Assembly (NCBI GenBank): GCA_900320095.1
Contig: ONQZ01000002.1
Span: 8,165-72,164, forward strand
DNA length: 64,000 bases
Direction: 5' to 3'
Source of the DNA: an uncultured Lentisphaerota bacterium
Lineage (GTDB): Bacteria > Verrucomicrobiota > Lentisphaeria > Victivallales > UBA1829
The stretch's first letter is position 1, and every line of letters starts with the position of its first letter. The translations under genes and the position numbers were made by a program. Of the stretch, positions 36,012 through 45,189 are shown piece by piece. The notes under the pieces were generated by a model. It did no database searches, was not told where the DNA came from, and saw only the letters and a list, made by a program, of their open reading frames with translations.

Positions 36012-36040
36012 AAAATACACCGTATGAGGGCATTTTTCAA
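36012..36040 (-). promoter_or_regulatory. sigma70-like promoter of hppA
   Basis: Minus strand: -35 TTGAAA (36040-36035), 17-nt spacer, GTG-TATTTT (-10 at 36017-36012). Confidence 0.5.
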
Positions 36041-36091
36041 ATAGAAACACGTTTTTCCCGGCAACGATTCACAAGAATCGCAAGGCGGGAT

Positions 36092-37009
36092 TCAGGATTT
36101 CGGGACAAGCGGGACCGGGGAGTCCTTCTTGTGGAAGAAATCCTGTTGGAATGCGTACTTTTCGCCGCGGTAACAGCTCATGCGCTGGGTCCAGCGGTAG
36201 CGGAGCCCTTTGAAGAGATAGCCGAGCTCGCGATGACGGCAGAGGTAGAGGAAGTCGCGGGCGGATTCGGCGGCGAACGAGAGCAGGACGCGGCAGAAAC
36301 ACGGTTTCGCGCCGTAGAGCATGCCGTTCGCGATGCCCTCGTTGTAGAACCGTTTCCGCAGGATCTCCGGCGTATAATTGTGCGAATGCACCACGGCGGC
36401 GTCCTTCTCGTAGACGACCTTCAGACCGGACTCGCGGATGCGGAGCGCCCAGTCGATGTCCTCCGAATACTGGAACGCCGGATTGAACCGGATCCGGCGC
36501 GCGACGTCCGTGCGGACCGCGGAGAAGACCAGCGAAAACATGAATCCCCAGCCTGCCGCGACCGTGCCGTCGCCGAACGCGCGTTCGTAGTCCTTCCGCA
36601 CGAGAGGCAGGGCGTCCGCGCGCGGAAGCTGGTTGCCGTAGACAGCGCCGACGACGGGATCCTGAAGGCGGGCGACGATGCGTTCCACCGCGTCGCGGCT
36701 GCACGGGACGGCATCGGAATTGTTGAAGACGATGTATTTGCCGTGCGCGGCGTCGACCGCGCGGTTCAGCACGCGGGGCGGATTGTACGGCAGACCGTCC
36801 CACGGGACGATGGTGACGGACGGAAACGACATGGCGGCCTCCAGGGTGCCGTCATCGGAATTGTCGTCGAAGAGCAGGATCTCCATGCGGTCCGCGACGG
36901 TCTGGTCGCAGAGCATGGAGAGCGTGTCGCGGATGAGGTCGCGGTCATTGTGGGAACGCACCACGACGGTGATCTCGGGCGGACAACTGGATTGTGTTTC
37001 CGCGGGCAT
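36092..37009 (-). CDS. Family-2 glycosyltransferase
   Basis: 305 aa. It has the GT-A N-terminus ITVVVRSHNDRDLIRDTL..EILLFDDNSDDGT and a DxD-like NSDA. Confidence 0.75.
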   Translation of the reverse strand: MPAETQSSCPPEITVVVRSHNDRDLIRDTLSMLCDQTVADRMEILLFDDNSDDGTLEAAMSFPSVTIVPWDGLPYNPPRVLNRAVDAAHGKYIVFNNSDAVPCSRDAVERIVARLQDPVVGAVYGNQLPRADALPLVRKDYERAFGDGTVAAGWGFMFSLVFSAVRTDVARRIRFNPAFQYSEDIDWALRIRESGLKVVYEKDAAVVHSHNYTPEILRKRFYNEGIANGMLYGAKPCFCRVLLSFAAESARDFLYLCRHRELGYLFKGLRYRWTQRMSCYRGEKYAFQQDFFHKKDSPVPLVPKS

Positions 37010-37015
37010 GGGAGA

Positions 37016-38182
37016 TCACGCTCCGGTGGTCTTCAGCTCGAACGCGCCCTGTTTCATCAGGCGGAAGAAATCGGCGATCTCGCGCGGGTGCTCCGCGAGC
37101 TCGTTCACGGAGAGGATGCAGGCGGTGGAATCGCGGTCGTCGGGCGAGAATCCGTGCATGCCGGGGATGGGCTTCGCGCCCATGTCGCTCGGGACCAGCT
37201 GGATGCCGGGGTCGAGCAGAAAGATCTCGTCGCCGTAGCTGGCGTCGGCGAAATCGACGTGGAGCGCGGTCTTTTCCTCCGGGGTGAGCCAGTGACCGGG
37301 CGCGCCGTTCACGGCGTCCATGACCGGCTTGCGCGCGTCCTGATTCAGGAACCACACGCGGAGCATGGTGGAATCGTACGCGGCGATGTAGTCCTTTCCG
37401 AACTTGAGCGGGAGCGCATCAAGCATCGCCTTGATATTCGTCTCGCCTTTCAGCGGGGTCATGCCGTGGTCGGAGAAGATGCAGAAATCGACGTGCCTGA
37501 AATGCGCCCGCGCGGTCTCAAGCAGGCCGCGCACCTTGACGGAAAACTCCTCCAGGTGCTTCGCGACAACCTCGGGCTCATGCACGTGAAAATGCAGCAT
37601 GCTGTCCAGTCCGGCGGTGTAGACGAAGAAGAACTCCGTCTTTTCCTCCTCCAGCAGCTTCTTCGCGGCGGCGATGTTCTGGTCGTCGTTCAGATGCCAG
37701 TTCGAGATATGGAACGGCACACCGGACTCGGTCAGGACGTCCCGCAGGTTCTTCACGGGGGCCAGGCCGTGCGGCGCGAAAATATCCTGTTTCTCGCAGT
37801 AGTCGAAGAACGGCAGCCGGGCGTACGGCACGCGGTAGAGGTTGAAGTAGCCCGTGTAGTTCAGATGACGTCCCAGCCACATGCTCACGCGGTGGCGGAT
37901 GCGGTGGTTGTCGAAGACGACCGAGGGATGCAGGAAAGGATGCAGGAAGCGGAAAAAGGAGAACGGGGATTTCGCGTCCTTCGGACGGTAGAAGAAGCTG
38001 AAATGGCCGTGTTTCGTGGGCGGCTCGCCGGTCAGGATCGTCGGGACGCACGTCGAGGAATAGCCGAACTGCGTGCGGACGGGCAGACGGACGGGAAACT
38101 CGTCCGTCATAAAGCGGTAGCGCTGGACAATTTCGTACCCGAGCGCATCGCTGAACATGTATATTTTGACACGGTCCTTCAA
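37016..38182 (-). CDS. Alkaline-phosphatase-superfamily enzyme, type I phosphodiesterase / nucleotide pyrophosphatase (NPP)-like
   Basis: 388 aa with a TTG start after a CAGGAGAA SD. The nucleophile region GYSSTCVPTILTGEPPTKHG resembles the NPP 'T..P..TG..P..HG' motif. A distal metal site reads IFSDHGM. Confidence 0.6.
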   Translation of the reverse strand: MKDRVKIYMFSDALGYEIVQRYRFMTDEFPVRLPVRTQFGYSSTCVPTILTGEPPTKHGHFSFFYRPKDAKSPFSFFRFLHPFLHPSVVFDNHRIRHRVSMWLGRHLNYTGYFNLYRVPYARLPFFDYCEKQDIFAPHGLAPVKNLRDVLTESGVPFHISNWHLNDDQNIAAAKKLLEEEKTEFFFVYTAGLDSMLHFHVHEPEVVAKHLEEFSVKVRGLLETARAHFRHVDFCIFSDHGMTPLKGETNIKAMLDALPLKFGKDYIAAYDSTMLRVWFLNQDARKPVMDAVNGAPGHWLTPEEKTALHVDFADASYGDEIFLLDPGIQLVPSDMGAKPIPGMHGFSPDDRDSTACILSVNELAEHPREIADFFRLMKQGAFELKTTGA

Positions 38183-38222
38183 AGCAGATTCTCCTGAAAA
38201 AACAAAAACAGATTTTTATTAT

Positions 38223-38250
38223 ACTTTAGCACGGAAAGATAAAATTTCAA
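38223..38250 (-). promoter_or_regulatory. Candidate internal promoter upstream of the NPP-like gene
   Basis: Minus strand: -35 TTGAAA (38250-38245), 16-nt spacer, GTGc-TAAAGT (-10 at 38228-38223). A perfect TATAAT also lies at 38223-38218. Confidence 0.45.
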
Positions 38251-38263
38251 GGACAATTTGCGA

Positions 38264-39271
38264 CTAATTATAGCGTTTCCACAGACGGATGAATGTGTCG
38301 GTCTCGTGCCTGGGATCCGCCAGGCAGGTCGTCAGCAGGCGCAGGAGCTTCACGCGCGGATGCACGGCCAGTGGAGAGAGGAGTTCCGGCAGGACCGGCG
38401 CGCTGAGAATCGAGAGGATCGCGGACTTCAGCGAACGCGGCCCGGCGTCGGCGATTCGGCAGGCGGAGAAATGCGCGTCGGCGGAGGCGATATGCCGGGT
38501 GATCTCCGTCGCGGCGAGCGTCATGGTGCGTTCCCAGCAGTCCAGATGATGCGCGTAGTCCGGTTCTTTTCCCGTGCCCGGCGCATATTTGAACGCCAGC
38601 GCGGCCTCGTATACCGGGATCAGCCAGGACGCCTCGTAATACTTGCGGAGCGCTTCGAGGCGTTCCGTCCCGGTCGTGCGGTAGTCGTGGTGGACGATCA
38701 GGATGGCGTCGCCGCAGCCCAGCGCCGCCTTGTGGAGGTTGCGCCGGACGAAATCCGCCTCGTTCGGGTCGGATGCGCGCATCCGGGCGAAGAGCAGCCC
38801 GGCACCGCGGTTGAGGAGGAGACGGGCGGCCTCGGTCCAGTGGAGCTCGGAGAACGGACGGCGCGGCGCGGCGTCGAAGATGTGTTCGTCGCCGAAGACG
38901 ATGCGCTTTCCGGCGAACAGCTCCTGGATCATCAGCGTATGCGCGTCCTTGTACAGCGCCTTCAGGGATTTGACGCAGCAGAAATCAATGTCGATGGCGA
39001 GCTTGCCGCGCCATTCGGAAGAGATGGAGTCCAGCAGGCCGCGAAGTCCCGGAGACGGGTTCTGCCCGTTCAGGATCACGAAGAAATCCATGTCGTTGTA
39101 CGGCATGCCGTCGGGCGTGGCGCCGCCCTCGCCACGTCCGTAGCCGCCGCCGAGCGCAACGGCGCGGATCGCGGAGGATTCCGGCGAGGCGGCAAAAGCG
39201 GCGCGGATGCCGTCGAGGGCATCCTGAATATGGCGTTCAACACGGGGATCGGCGGATTTGGAGTAGGACAT
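38264..39271 (-). CDS. Predicted Pol-beta-superfamily nucleotidyltransferase with helical C-terminal domain (function unknown)
   Basis: 335 aa. The NTase pattern is ALGGGYGRGEG..(10 aa)..NDMDFFVIL followed by a third acidic strand, AIDIDFC. The remainder is helical and I could not assign it. Confidence 0.45.
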   Translation of the reverse strand: MSYSKSADPRVERHIQDALDGIRAAFAASPESSAIRAVALGGGYGRGEGGATPDGMPYNDMDFFVILNGQNPSPGLRGLLDSISSEWRGKLAIDIDFCCVKSLKALYKDAHTLMIQELFAGKRIVFGDEHIFDAAPRRPFSELHWTEAARLLLNRGAGLLFARMRASDPNEADFVRRNLHKAALGCGDAILIVHHDYRTTGTERLEALRKYYEASWLIPVYEAALAFKYAPGTGKEPDYAHHLDCWERTMTLAATEITRHIASADAHFSACRIADAGPRSLKSAILSILSAPVLPELLSPLAVHPRVKLLRLLTTCLADPRHETDTFIRLWKRYN

Positions 39272-39296
39272 GGTCGGGGGGGATGGGGTTTTGAGA

Positions 39297-40109
39297 TCAG
39301 TTGCGGGAACATTCGGATGGAAGATCGGGTTCGCGGCCGAATTCCTTGCGGTAAAGCCGGACCGCGGTCCGGAGGACGTCCGGCCAGATCTTCGCGTCCA
39401 GAGCGCCCGCGCGGGGCGTGTAGGCGGCGATGAACCGGAGGGCGTCGCGCCGGGAAAGCCCGAGGTCCATGGAGGAGAAGAATATCCCCGCCAGGTCCTT
39501 GACGCGGTAACGGCGGCGGATGCGCGAACGCAGCTGCGCCCGGTGGAGGTCGATCACGTGCAGTCTGATGCGTTTCTCCTGAAGCGAGGCGGGGTCCAGC
39601 AGGAAATGGCAGAGATAGCAGTCGCGGTGGTTCAGGCCGCTGCCGTGCATCCGGGCGACGGTCACCGCGAGGGCGCGGATGAGCCGGTTTTTGAGCGCGG
39701 CGGGCGGCGGGTTCGTCTTCCAGTCACGGCAGAAATCCTCCAGCGAGACCATGCCGACGAGGTCCTCGGTCACCAGGAACGATTCCATGGCCGCGGGGTT
39801 GACGCCGCGGATGCCGAACGCGCAGGCGGTCATGGTGGGCACGCCGAGCTTGTTCAGCAGGGAGATCGCGAGGTATTCGTTGGCGGACCCGATCACAGGG
39901 AGCTTGAACTGGAGCAGGTTTTTCCAGATCTCGCGCCAGCCGACCGGGCCGTGGAGCTTGATGAAGTAGGACTTGCCGTCCATGCGGAAGCGCATGGTCC
40001 TGCGGTTCTTGACGTCGCGGAAGACTTCCCCGGTCACGGCGAACGCGCTGGCGAACGGGTCCCTGCCCCAGGCTTTCCGAAACGTGTCGTTGAAGTAGAG
40101 TTTTTCCAC
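39297..40109 (-). CDS. waaP: Lipopolysaccharide core heptose(I) kinase WaaP/RfaP
   Basis: 270 aa. GEVFRDVKNRRTMRFRMDGKSYFIKLH..EIWKNLLQFKLPVIGSANEY, INHRDCYLCHFLL and VIDLHRAQLRSRIRRRYRVKDLAGIFFSSM align closely by eye with E. coli WaaP. Confidence 0.85.
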   Translation of the reverse strand: MEKLYFNDTFRKAWGRDPFASAFAVTGEVFRDVKNRRTMRFRMDGKSYFIKLHGPVGWREIWKNLLQFKLPVIGSANEYLAISLLNKLGVPTMTACAFGIRGVNPAAMESFLVTEDLVGMVSLEDFCRDWKTNPPPAALKNRLIRALAVTVARMHGSGLNHRDCYLCHFLLDPASLQEKRIRLHVIDLHRAQLRSRIRRRYRVKDLAGIFFSSMDLGLSRRDALRFIAAYTPRAGALDAKIWPDVLRTAVRLYRKEFGREPDLPSECSRN

Positions 40110-40125
40110 GGGAGCCTCGCACGGC

Positions 40126-40656
40126 TTACAGTTTGTCGGGCCGGACGGTCACGTTGCCCTTGGAGTCCGTCATGTAGACGGGCTCGTCATCCGGCATTTC
40201 GGCGGGATCGGACGCGGCCTCCTCCGGGGTGCCGGTCGCCCGGATCATGATCTCGAACACCTTTTCCGGGGCTTTCTTTTCCCAGCTGGTCTTGTATTCC
40301 ATCGCGATGCCGCAGACGCCCGGGCCGATGACCCGGTAGGCGAAATAATGCGTACCTTCGCGTCCCTCGACGGGCCGGAACCGCCGTGTGCCGTCTGGGT
40401 CGGGATCGGATTCGTAGCGTTCGCCCTTCTCGGCGAGGATGCGCACGCTGCCCGCGCCGTGCCGGGAGAACCAGTCGTATCCCGGCTTGCCCTCGGCGGT
40501 CAGCGCGACCAGGATCGTGTCGCCGACGCACAGGTCGAGCGTCCTGCCGGAATCCGAGTTCGTCAGCAGGATCCGCTGCGGAGAACGGCAGGAGACCGTG
40601 AGGCAGGCGGCGAGGAGCGCCAGGAAAAGACTGAATATGAACCGGAAAGACGTCAT
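40126..40656 (-). CDS. Lipoprotein of the chagasin/ICP (peptidase inhibitor I42) family
   Basis: I take only the last 177 codons of track ORF 40126..41466, because the longer form overlaps hcp. The start is MTSFRFIFSLFLALLAACLTVSC (lipobox). GKPGYDWF and GTHYFAYRVIGPGVCGIAMEYKTSWEKK resemble the I42 'NPTTGY.W' and '..F.F.A...G...l.f.Y.RPWE' motifs. Confidence 0.55.
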   Translation of the reverse strand: MTSFRFIFSLFLALLAACLTVSCRSPQRILLTNSDSGRTLDLCVGDTILVALTAEGKPGYDWFSRHGAGSVRILAEKGERYESDPDPDGTRRFRPVEGREGTHYFAYRVIGPGVCGIAMEYKTSWEKKAPEKVFEIMIRATGTPEEAASDPAEMPDDEPVYMTDSKGNVTVRPDKL

Positions 40657-40679
40657 GGACTGCAAAGGAAAGGTCAGGC

Positions 40680-42251
40680 TCAGTTGCCCGCCATCATGTC
40701 GGCGGCGTCGGCTTCGGCGGTGGTGATCGGCTTCACGCCGTAGTCGTTCGTCAGGACGTCGATGATGCCGGGCGAGAAGAACGCGGGGAACGTCGGGCCG
40801 AGGCGGACGTTCTTGAAGCCGAGCGTGAGCAGCGCGAGGAAGACCGCGATCGTCTTCTGTTCGTACCAGGAGAGGACGAAGGAGACAGGGAGCTTGTCGA
40901 GCGTGCGGATGCCGAGGGCGTTCTGGAGCTCGAGCGCGATGCGGACGATGGAGTAGGCGTCGTTGATCTGCCCGATGTCCATGATGCGCGGGATGCCGGT
41001 GATCTTGCCGAGGTCGAGGTTCAGGAAACGGTACTTGACGCCGCCCGCGGTCAGGATCACGGTATCGGGCGGGAGCGCCCTGGCAAGCTCGGTGTAATAC
41101 TCGCGGCGTTCGTCGCGTCCGTCCTCGCCGGCGATCACGATGAAGCGGCGGATGGTGCCGTTTTCGATATAGTGCGCGATCTGGGAAATCACAGAGCAGA
41201 CCTGATGGTGTCCGAAGCCGCCTGTGAGCACGACGGAGTCGGTGTCGAGCGGCGTGGGGGCGGGGAGCGTCTTGGCGAGTTTGATGACCTCGGAGAAGTC
41301 TTTCTGCATGCCGATGTGGCGGTGCGTGATGTGCGGCGTGCCCTTGCAGCCGACCATGCCGGTCGTGAAGATGCGCCCGCGGTAGGCGTCCTGCACCGGC
41401 GTGATGCAGTTCGAGTTGACGACGATGGGACCGTTGAACGAGGCGAAATCCTGCGTCTGGGTCCACCAGGAGCCGCCGTAGTTGCCCTTCAGGTGCGGGA
41501 ACCTGCGGAAAGCGGGATAGGTGTTGGCGGGGAGCATGTCGCCGTGCGTGTAGACGTCGATATCGGTGTGCTCGGTCTGGATCAGGAGCTCTTCGAGGTC
41601 CTTCAGGTCCTGCCCGGACATCAGGATGCCGGGGTTCCGGCCGGCTTTCCAGGAGACGTGGCAGATGGTCGGGGATCCGTAGGTCTCGGTGTTGGCTTCG
41701 TCAAGGAGCGCCATGGCGACGCCGGCGATGCGGCCGCACTCGACGATCAGCAGGGCGAGGCGTTCGTGCGTGGTGTCGGGCTTGGCGGTGGCGGACAGCA
41801 CCTTGATGATGAAATTGTAGATGGCGTTGTCCTCGTAGCCGAGGGCGAGCGCGTGGAAGGCGAAGGCGCAGACGCCTTTCAGGCCGCACATGAGCAGGTC
41901 GCGGTAGGCGCGCTCCTCCGGGTCTTCGACGGAGAGGATGGAAGGATCCACCTGAATGTCGGAATCGAGCGTGCGGAGGGCGCGTTTCGCCTCGTCGATG
42001 AGGGCGTAGATGCGGTCCGAATTGAAATTGGTATCGGTGAGCGTGGCGGACATGGCACGGACGATGAACCGGCTGAACTCACGCGTGACGTTGGTGCGGC
42101 CTTCCAGGGTCAGGGCGACGGCTTTCAGCTCGGCGACGAGGCGGTCCTGAAGATTGGCCGTCTCGGACGTCTCGCCGCAGCGGCCGCCCGTCGTGCAGCC
42201 TTTGTTGCCGAAAGCCTCCTGGCACTGGTAGCAGAACATGGATCCTTCCAT
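40680..42251 (-). CDS. hcp: Hydroxylamine reductase / hybrid-cluster protein
   Basis: 523 aa. The N-terminal Cys cluster is MFCYQCQEA..GCT..GRCG, and Hcp-family length and motifs hold throughout. An AAGGAG SD lies 8 nt upstream of the ATG at 42251. Confidence 0.92.
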   Translation of the reverse strand: MEGSMFCYQCQEAFGNKGCTTGGRCGETSETANLQDRLVAELKAVALTLEGRTNVTREFSRFIVRAMSATLTDTNFNSDRIYALIDEAKRALRTLDSDIQVDPSILSVEDPEERAYRDLLMCGLKGVCAFAFHALALGYEDNAIYNFIIKVLSATAKPDTTHERLALLIVECGRIAGVAMALLDEANTETYGSPTICHVSWKAGRNPGILMSGQDLKDLEELLIQTEHTDIDVYTHGDMLPANTYPAFRRFPHLKGNYGGSWWTQTQDFASFNGPIVVNSNCITPVQDAYRGRIFTTGMVGCKGTPHITHRHIGMQKDFSEVIKLAKTLPAPTPLDTDSVVLTGGFGHHQVCSVISQIAHYIENGTIRRFIVIAGEDGRDERREYYTELARALPPDTVILTAGGVKYRFLNLDLGKITGIPRIMDIGQINDAYSIVRIALELQNALGIRTLDKLPVSFVLSWYEQKTIAVFLALLTLGFKNVRLGPTFPAFFSPGIIDVLTNDYGVKPITTAEADAADMMAGN

Positions 42252-42310
42252 CTGGTTTTCTCCTTTATAAAATTGATGTTGCGTTTCGGAAAATAGGAAA
42301 TCCCGGATGT

Positions 42311-42339
42311 ATTTTACACGCTGGAACGCATTTTGTCAA
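42311..42339 (-). promoter_or_regulatory. sigma70-like promoter of hcp
   Basis: Minus strand: -35 TTGACA (42339-42334), 17-nt spacer, GTG-TAAAAT (-10 at 42316-42311). Confidence 0.6.
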
Positions 42340-42343
42340 ATCG

Positions 42344-42355
42344 TTTCCGCGGAAA
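42344..42355. promoter_or_regulatory. Perfect 12-bp palindrome TTTCCGCGGAAA just upstream of the hcp -35
   Basis: The palindrome at 42344-42355 ends 4 nt from the -35 hexamer. That position suits an activator or repressor of hcp. Confidence 0.4.
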
Positions 42356-42392
42356 ACACGCAGTATTTGTGAAAAATAGCTTTTGCCGCATG

Positions 42393-42427
42393 CGGAAAAG
42401 AAGCCGTCCGGAAAAAGGAAGACGGCT
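42393..42427 (-). terminator. Rho-independent terminator of glnS
   Basis: On the minus strand, AGCCGTC (42427-42421) pairs with GACGGCT (42408-42402) around a 12-nt loop, followed by TCTTTTCC. It lies about 55 nt after the glnS stop. Confidence 0.65.
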
Positions 42428-42481
42428 CCGGCGCCAGAAGCACGGAACCGCCATGCAGACCGTTTTCGGGAGAAAGCGCAG

Positions 42482-44170
42482 TCAGGCTTTCTTGACGATC
42501 TTGGACCAGGAATCCTTCAGGGCGACCGTGCGATTGAACACGGGGTGCTCCTTGGAGTGGTCCTTCGGATCGGAGAAGAAATAGCCGATGCGCTCGAACT
42601 GGACGTGGGTGCCGGGCGGAAGCTCGGCGAGGCCGGGTTCGATGCGGCATTTCGCGACCTTCAGGGATTCCGGGTTCAGGTAGCTCTTCCAGTCGGCGTC
42701 CTCCGGGATGGCGGAGAGATCGGGGACGGTGAAGAGCTTGTCGTACAGCCGGACCTCGGCTTCGAGGGACTGGTCGGCGGAAACCCAGTGGATGGTACCC
42801 TTGACCTTGCGGCCGTCGGAGGCGTTGCCGCCCTTCGTGGCGGGGTCGTACGTGGCGTGCAGCTCCACGATCTCGCCGTTTTCGTCCTTCACGAACGAGG
42901 TGCAGGTCACGAAATAGGCGCTGCGGAGGCGGACTTCCTTGCCGACCGCGAGGCGGTGGAACTGCTTCACGGGGTTCTCCATGAAGTCGTCGCGCTCGAT
43001 GTAGAGCGTCTTGGAGAACGGGACCTTGCGTGTGCCGGCGGCGGGGTCTTCCGGATTGTTCACGGTCTCGACCTCCTCGACCTGGCCTTCGGGATAGTTG
43101 TCGATCACGAGCTTGAGCGGATTCATGACCGCCATGGCGCGGCGCGCGGACTTGTTCAGGTCGTCGCGGACGCAGTGGTCGAGGAGTTCGATCTCGGTGA
43201 GGCTGTTGAACTTGGTGACGCCGATGGTCTCGCAGAAATCGCGGATGGCGGAGGCGGGGATGCCGCGGCGGCGCATTCCGCAGATGGTGGGCATGCGGGG
43301 GTCGTCCCAGCCGTTCACGAGGCCGGTCTTCACGAGTTCGAGGAGTTTGCGCTTGCTCATGACCGTGTAGGTCAGGTTGAGGCGCGCGAACTCGATCTGC
43401 TGGGGCTTGCACGGGGTGTCGAGCGTGTTCAGGATCCAGTCGTACAGCGGACGGTGGATTTCGAACTCGAGCGTGCAGATGGAGTGCGTGATGCCCTCGA
43501 TGGCGTCCTCTAGGCAGTGCGCGAAGTCGTAGAGCGGATAGATGCACCACTTCGAGCCGGTGTTGTGGTGGTCGGCATGGCGGATGCGGTAGATCGCCGG
43601 GTCGCGCATGTGGATGTTCGGCGACGCCATGTCGATGCGTGCGCGGAGCACCTTGCTGCCGTCCGGGAACTCGCCTGCCTTCATGCGCTCGAAGAGGTCG
43701 AGGTTCTCCTCGATCGTGCGTTTACGTCCGGGCGGCTCTTTGCCGGGCTCGGTCAGCGTGCCGCGGTATTCCTTGAATTCCTCCTCGGACAGCTCGCAGA
43801 CGTACGCCTTGCCCATCTTGATGAGCTGAACGGCGTACTCGTACATCTGGTCGAAGTAGTCGGACGCATGGAAGAAACGGTCCTCCCAGTCGGCGCCGAG
43901 CCACTTCACGTCCTCGAGGATGGATTCGACGTACTCGGTGTCCTCCTTCACGGGGTTCGTGTCGTCGAGGCGGAGATTGAACTTGCCGCCGAACTTCTGC
44001 GCGGTGCCGAAGTTCAGGCAGATGCTCTTCGCGTGGCCGATGTGGAGGTAGCCGTTCGGCTCCGGCGGGAAACGCGTCTTGACCGCGCCGCCGTTCTTTC
44101 CGGCTTCGAGGTCCTTGCGGATGATCTCGTGGATGAAGTTGTCGGGGAGATTGATCTCGGTTTCGCTCAT
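42482..44170 (-). CDS. glnS: Glutamine--tRNA ligase
   Basis: 562 aa. It has the class I HIGH motif in [18 protein letters not shown] and a KMSKS-type VMSKR, with GlnRS length and architecture. Confidence 0.95.
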   Translation of the reverse strand: MSETEINLPDNFIHEIIRKDLEAGKNGGAVKTRFPPEPNGYLHIGHAKSICLNFGTAQKFGGKFNLRLDDTNPVKEDTEYVESILEDVKWLGADWEDRFFHASDYFDQMYEYAVQLIKMGKAYVCELSEEEFKEYRGTLTEPGKEPPGRKRTIEENLDLFERMKAGEFPDGSKVLRARIDMASPNIHMRDPAIYRIRHADHHNTGSKWCIYPLYDFAHCLEDAIEGITHSICTLEFEIHRPLYDWILNTLDTPCKPQQIEFARLNLTYTVMSKRKLLELVKTGLVNGWDDPRMPTICGMRRRGIPASAIRDFCETIGVTKFNSLTEIELLDHCVRDDLNKSARRAMAVMNPLKLVIDNYPEGQVEEVETVNNPEDPAAGTRKVPFSKTLYIERDDFMENPVKQFHRLAVGKEVRLRSAYFVTCTSFVKDENGEIVELHATYDPATKGGNASDGRKVKGTIHWVSADQSLEAEVRLYDKLFTVPDLSAIPEDADWKSYLNPESLKVAKCRIEPGLAELPPGTHVQFERIGYFFSDPKDHSKEHPVFNRTVALKDSWSKIVKKA

Positions 44171-44216
44171 TTTAGTCGCTCCGTATGGGATTCAGTCGAA
44201 AACAGAATAATCTATT

Positions 44217-44245
44217 AGTATAGCATGGTTTAATCCGGCTTTCAA
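44217..44245 (-). promoter_or_regulatory. sigma70-like promoter of glnS
   Basis: Minus strand: -35 TTGAAA (44245-44240), 17-nt spacer, TGc-TATACT (-10 at 44222-44217). The -35 sits in the loop of the upstream hairpin. Confidence 0.6.
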
Positions 44246-44251
44246 GCCGGA
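44234..44251 (-). terminator. Short hairpin after the metallophosphoesterase gene
   Basis: TCCGGCT / AGCCGGA form a 7-bp stem with a 4-nt loop. The following U-tract is weak (TTAAACC). Confidence 0.35.
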
Positions 44252-44261
44252 ATCCGAAAGT

Positions 44262-45176
44262 TCAGCAAAAGTTGACGAAGAGGACCTCCGGCGGACAGCA
44301 GATGCGTGCGTGAAACCAGGTCGCGCCGATCCCGGCGGACACGTACATCGTCGCTCCGGTCGAGCTGTGCCGGTACGCGCCGTATTCCAGGCGCTTGCCG
44401 AAACGCGAGGACGTAAGCACCGCGCCGAATCCGGGGATCCGGAACTGGCCGCCGTGCGTGTGGCCGCAGAGGATCAGCGGCGCGCCCTTCAGCTTGTCCG
44501 TGAGGAGCATGGCCGCCGCGACGTCGGGATTGTGCGACAGCACGCAGACGTTTTCGGAACGCGGGATCGCCGCCTCGCCGGAAAGCCCGTCGCCTTCCTT
44601 GGCGTCGTCCAGCCCGTGGAACTGGATCTCGTGCGCTTCGGCGGTCTCGTTCATCAGCAGCCGGAATCCGGCGCTTGCGAAAAGCTCGCGCCAGCGTTCC
44701 GCGGGAAGCCACCGGCGGCGGAGTTCCCAGTTGCCGCAGACCGCGAACTTCTCCGGGCCGGACGGGATGGTGCGCAGAAAATCAAGCGACGGACCGATCC
44801 AGGCGGCATCCCCGGAAAGATCCCCGCCGAACGCAATGCAGTCCGGCATCGGGATCGCCTCGAAAAGCTCGCGGAACGCCGTTGTAAGCCATTCCGTGCC
44901 GCCGCGCTGCCGCACGCCGGGGAAAAAACCGCGCACGCCGGCGGTCCGGATGTGAGTGTCGGAAAAAAACAGCAGAGTGCGCCCGGCAAGTTTCTGCTTC
45001 GAAACGCGCAGGAACCGGACATGCAGGCCGGAGGGAAGCACGCGCGTCTCCCTGACGAGCGACGGGGCGGGCTGCCAGAGCAGAGCGCCCGCGCGCTGCT
45101 CCGCCGTCAGCTTCGTTTTCCGCTTCCGGACGTAAATCCGGGATTTGAATTGTGAAACGTCCGACATGGCCTGCAC
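44262..45176 (-). CDS. Calcineurin-like metallophosphoesterase (YaeI-type)
   Basis: 304 aa. Motifs seen: FFSDTHIRT, GGDL, CGNWE, LSHNPD and CGHTHGGQ. Confidence 0.8.
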   Translation of the reverse strand: MQAMSDVSQFKSRIYVRKRKTKLTAEQRAGALLWQPAPSLVRETRVLPSGLHVRFLRVSKQKLAGRTLLFFSDTHIRTAGVRGFFPGVRQRGGTEWLTTAFRELFEAIPMPDCIAFGGDLSGDAAWIGPSLDFLRTIPSGPEKFAVCGNWELRRRWLPAERWRELFASAGFRLLMNETAEAHEIQFHGLDDAKEGDGLSGEAAIPRSENVCVLSHNPDVAAAMLLTDKLKGAPLILCGHTHGGQFRIPGFGAVLTSSRFGKRLEYGAYRHSSTGATMYVSAGIGATWFHARICCPPEVLFVNFC

Positions 45177-45189
45177 GCGGGCGGCGAAA

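Noticed and set aside
40126-41466. 446-aa ORF overlapping hcp in another frame.
   Set aside because: The first ~270 residues are Arg/His/Pro-rich shadow sequence over hcp. A credible lipoprotein begins only at the ATG at 40656, after the hcp stop.
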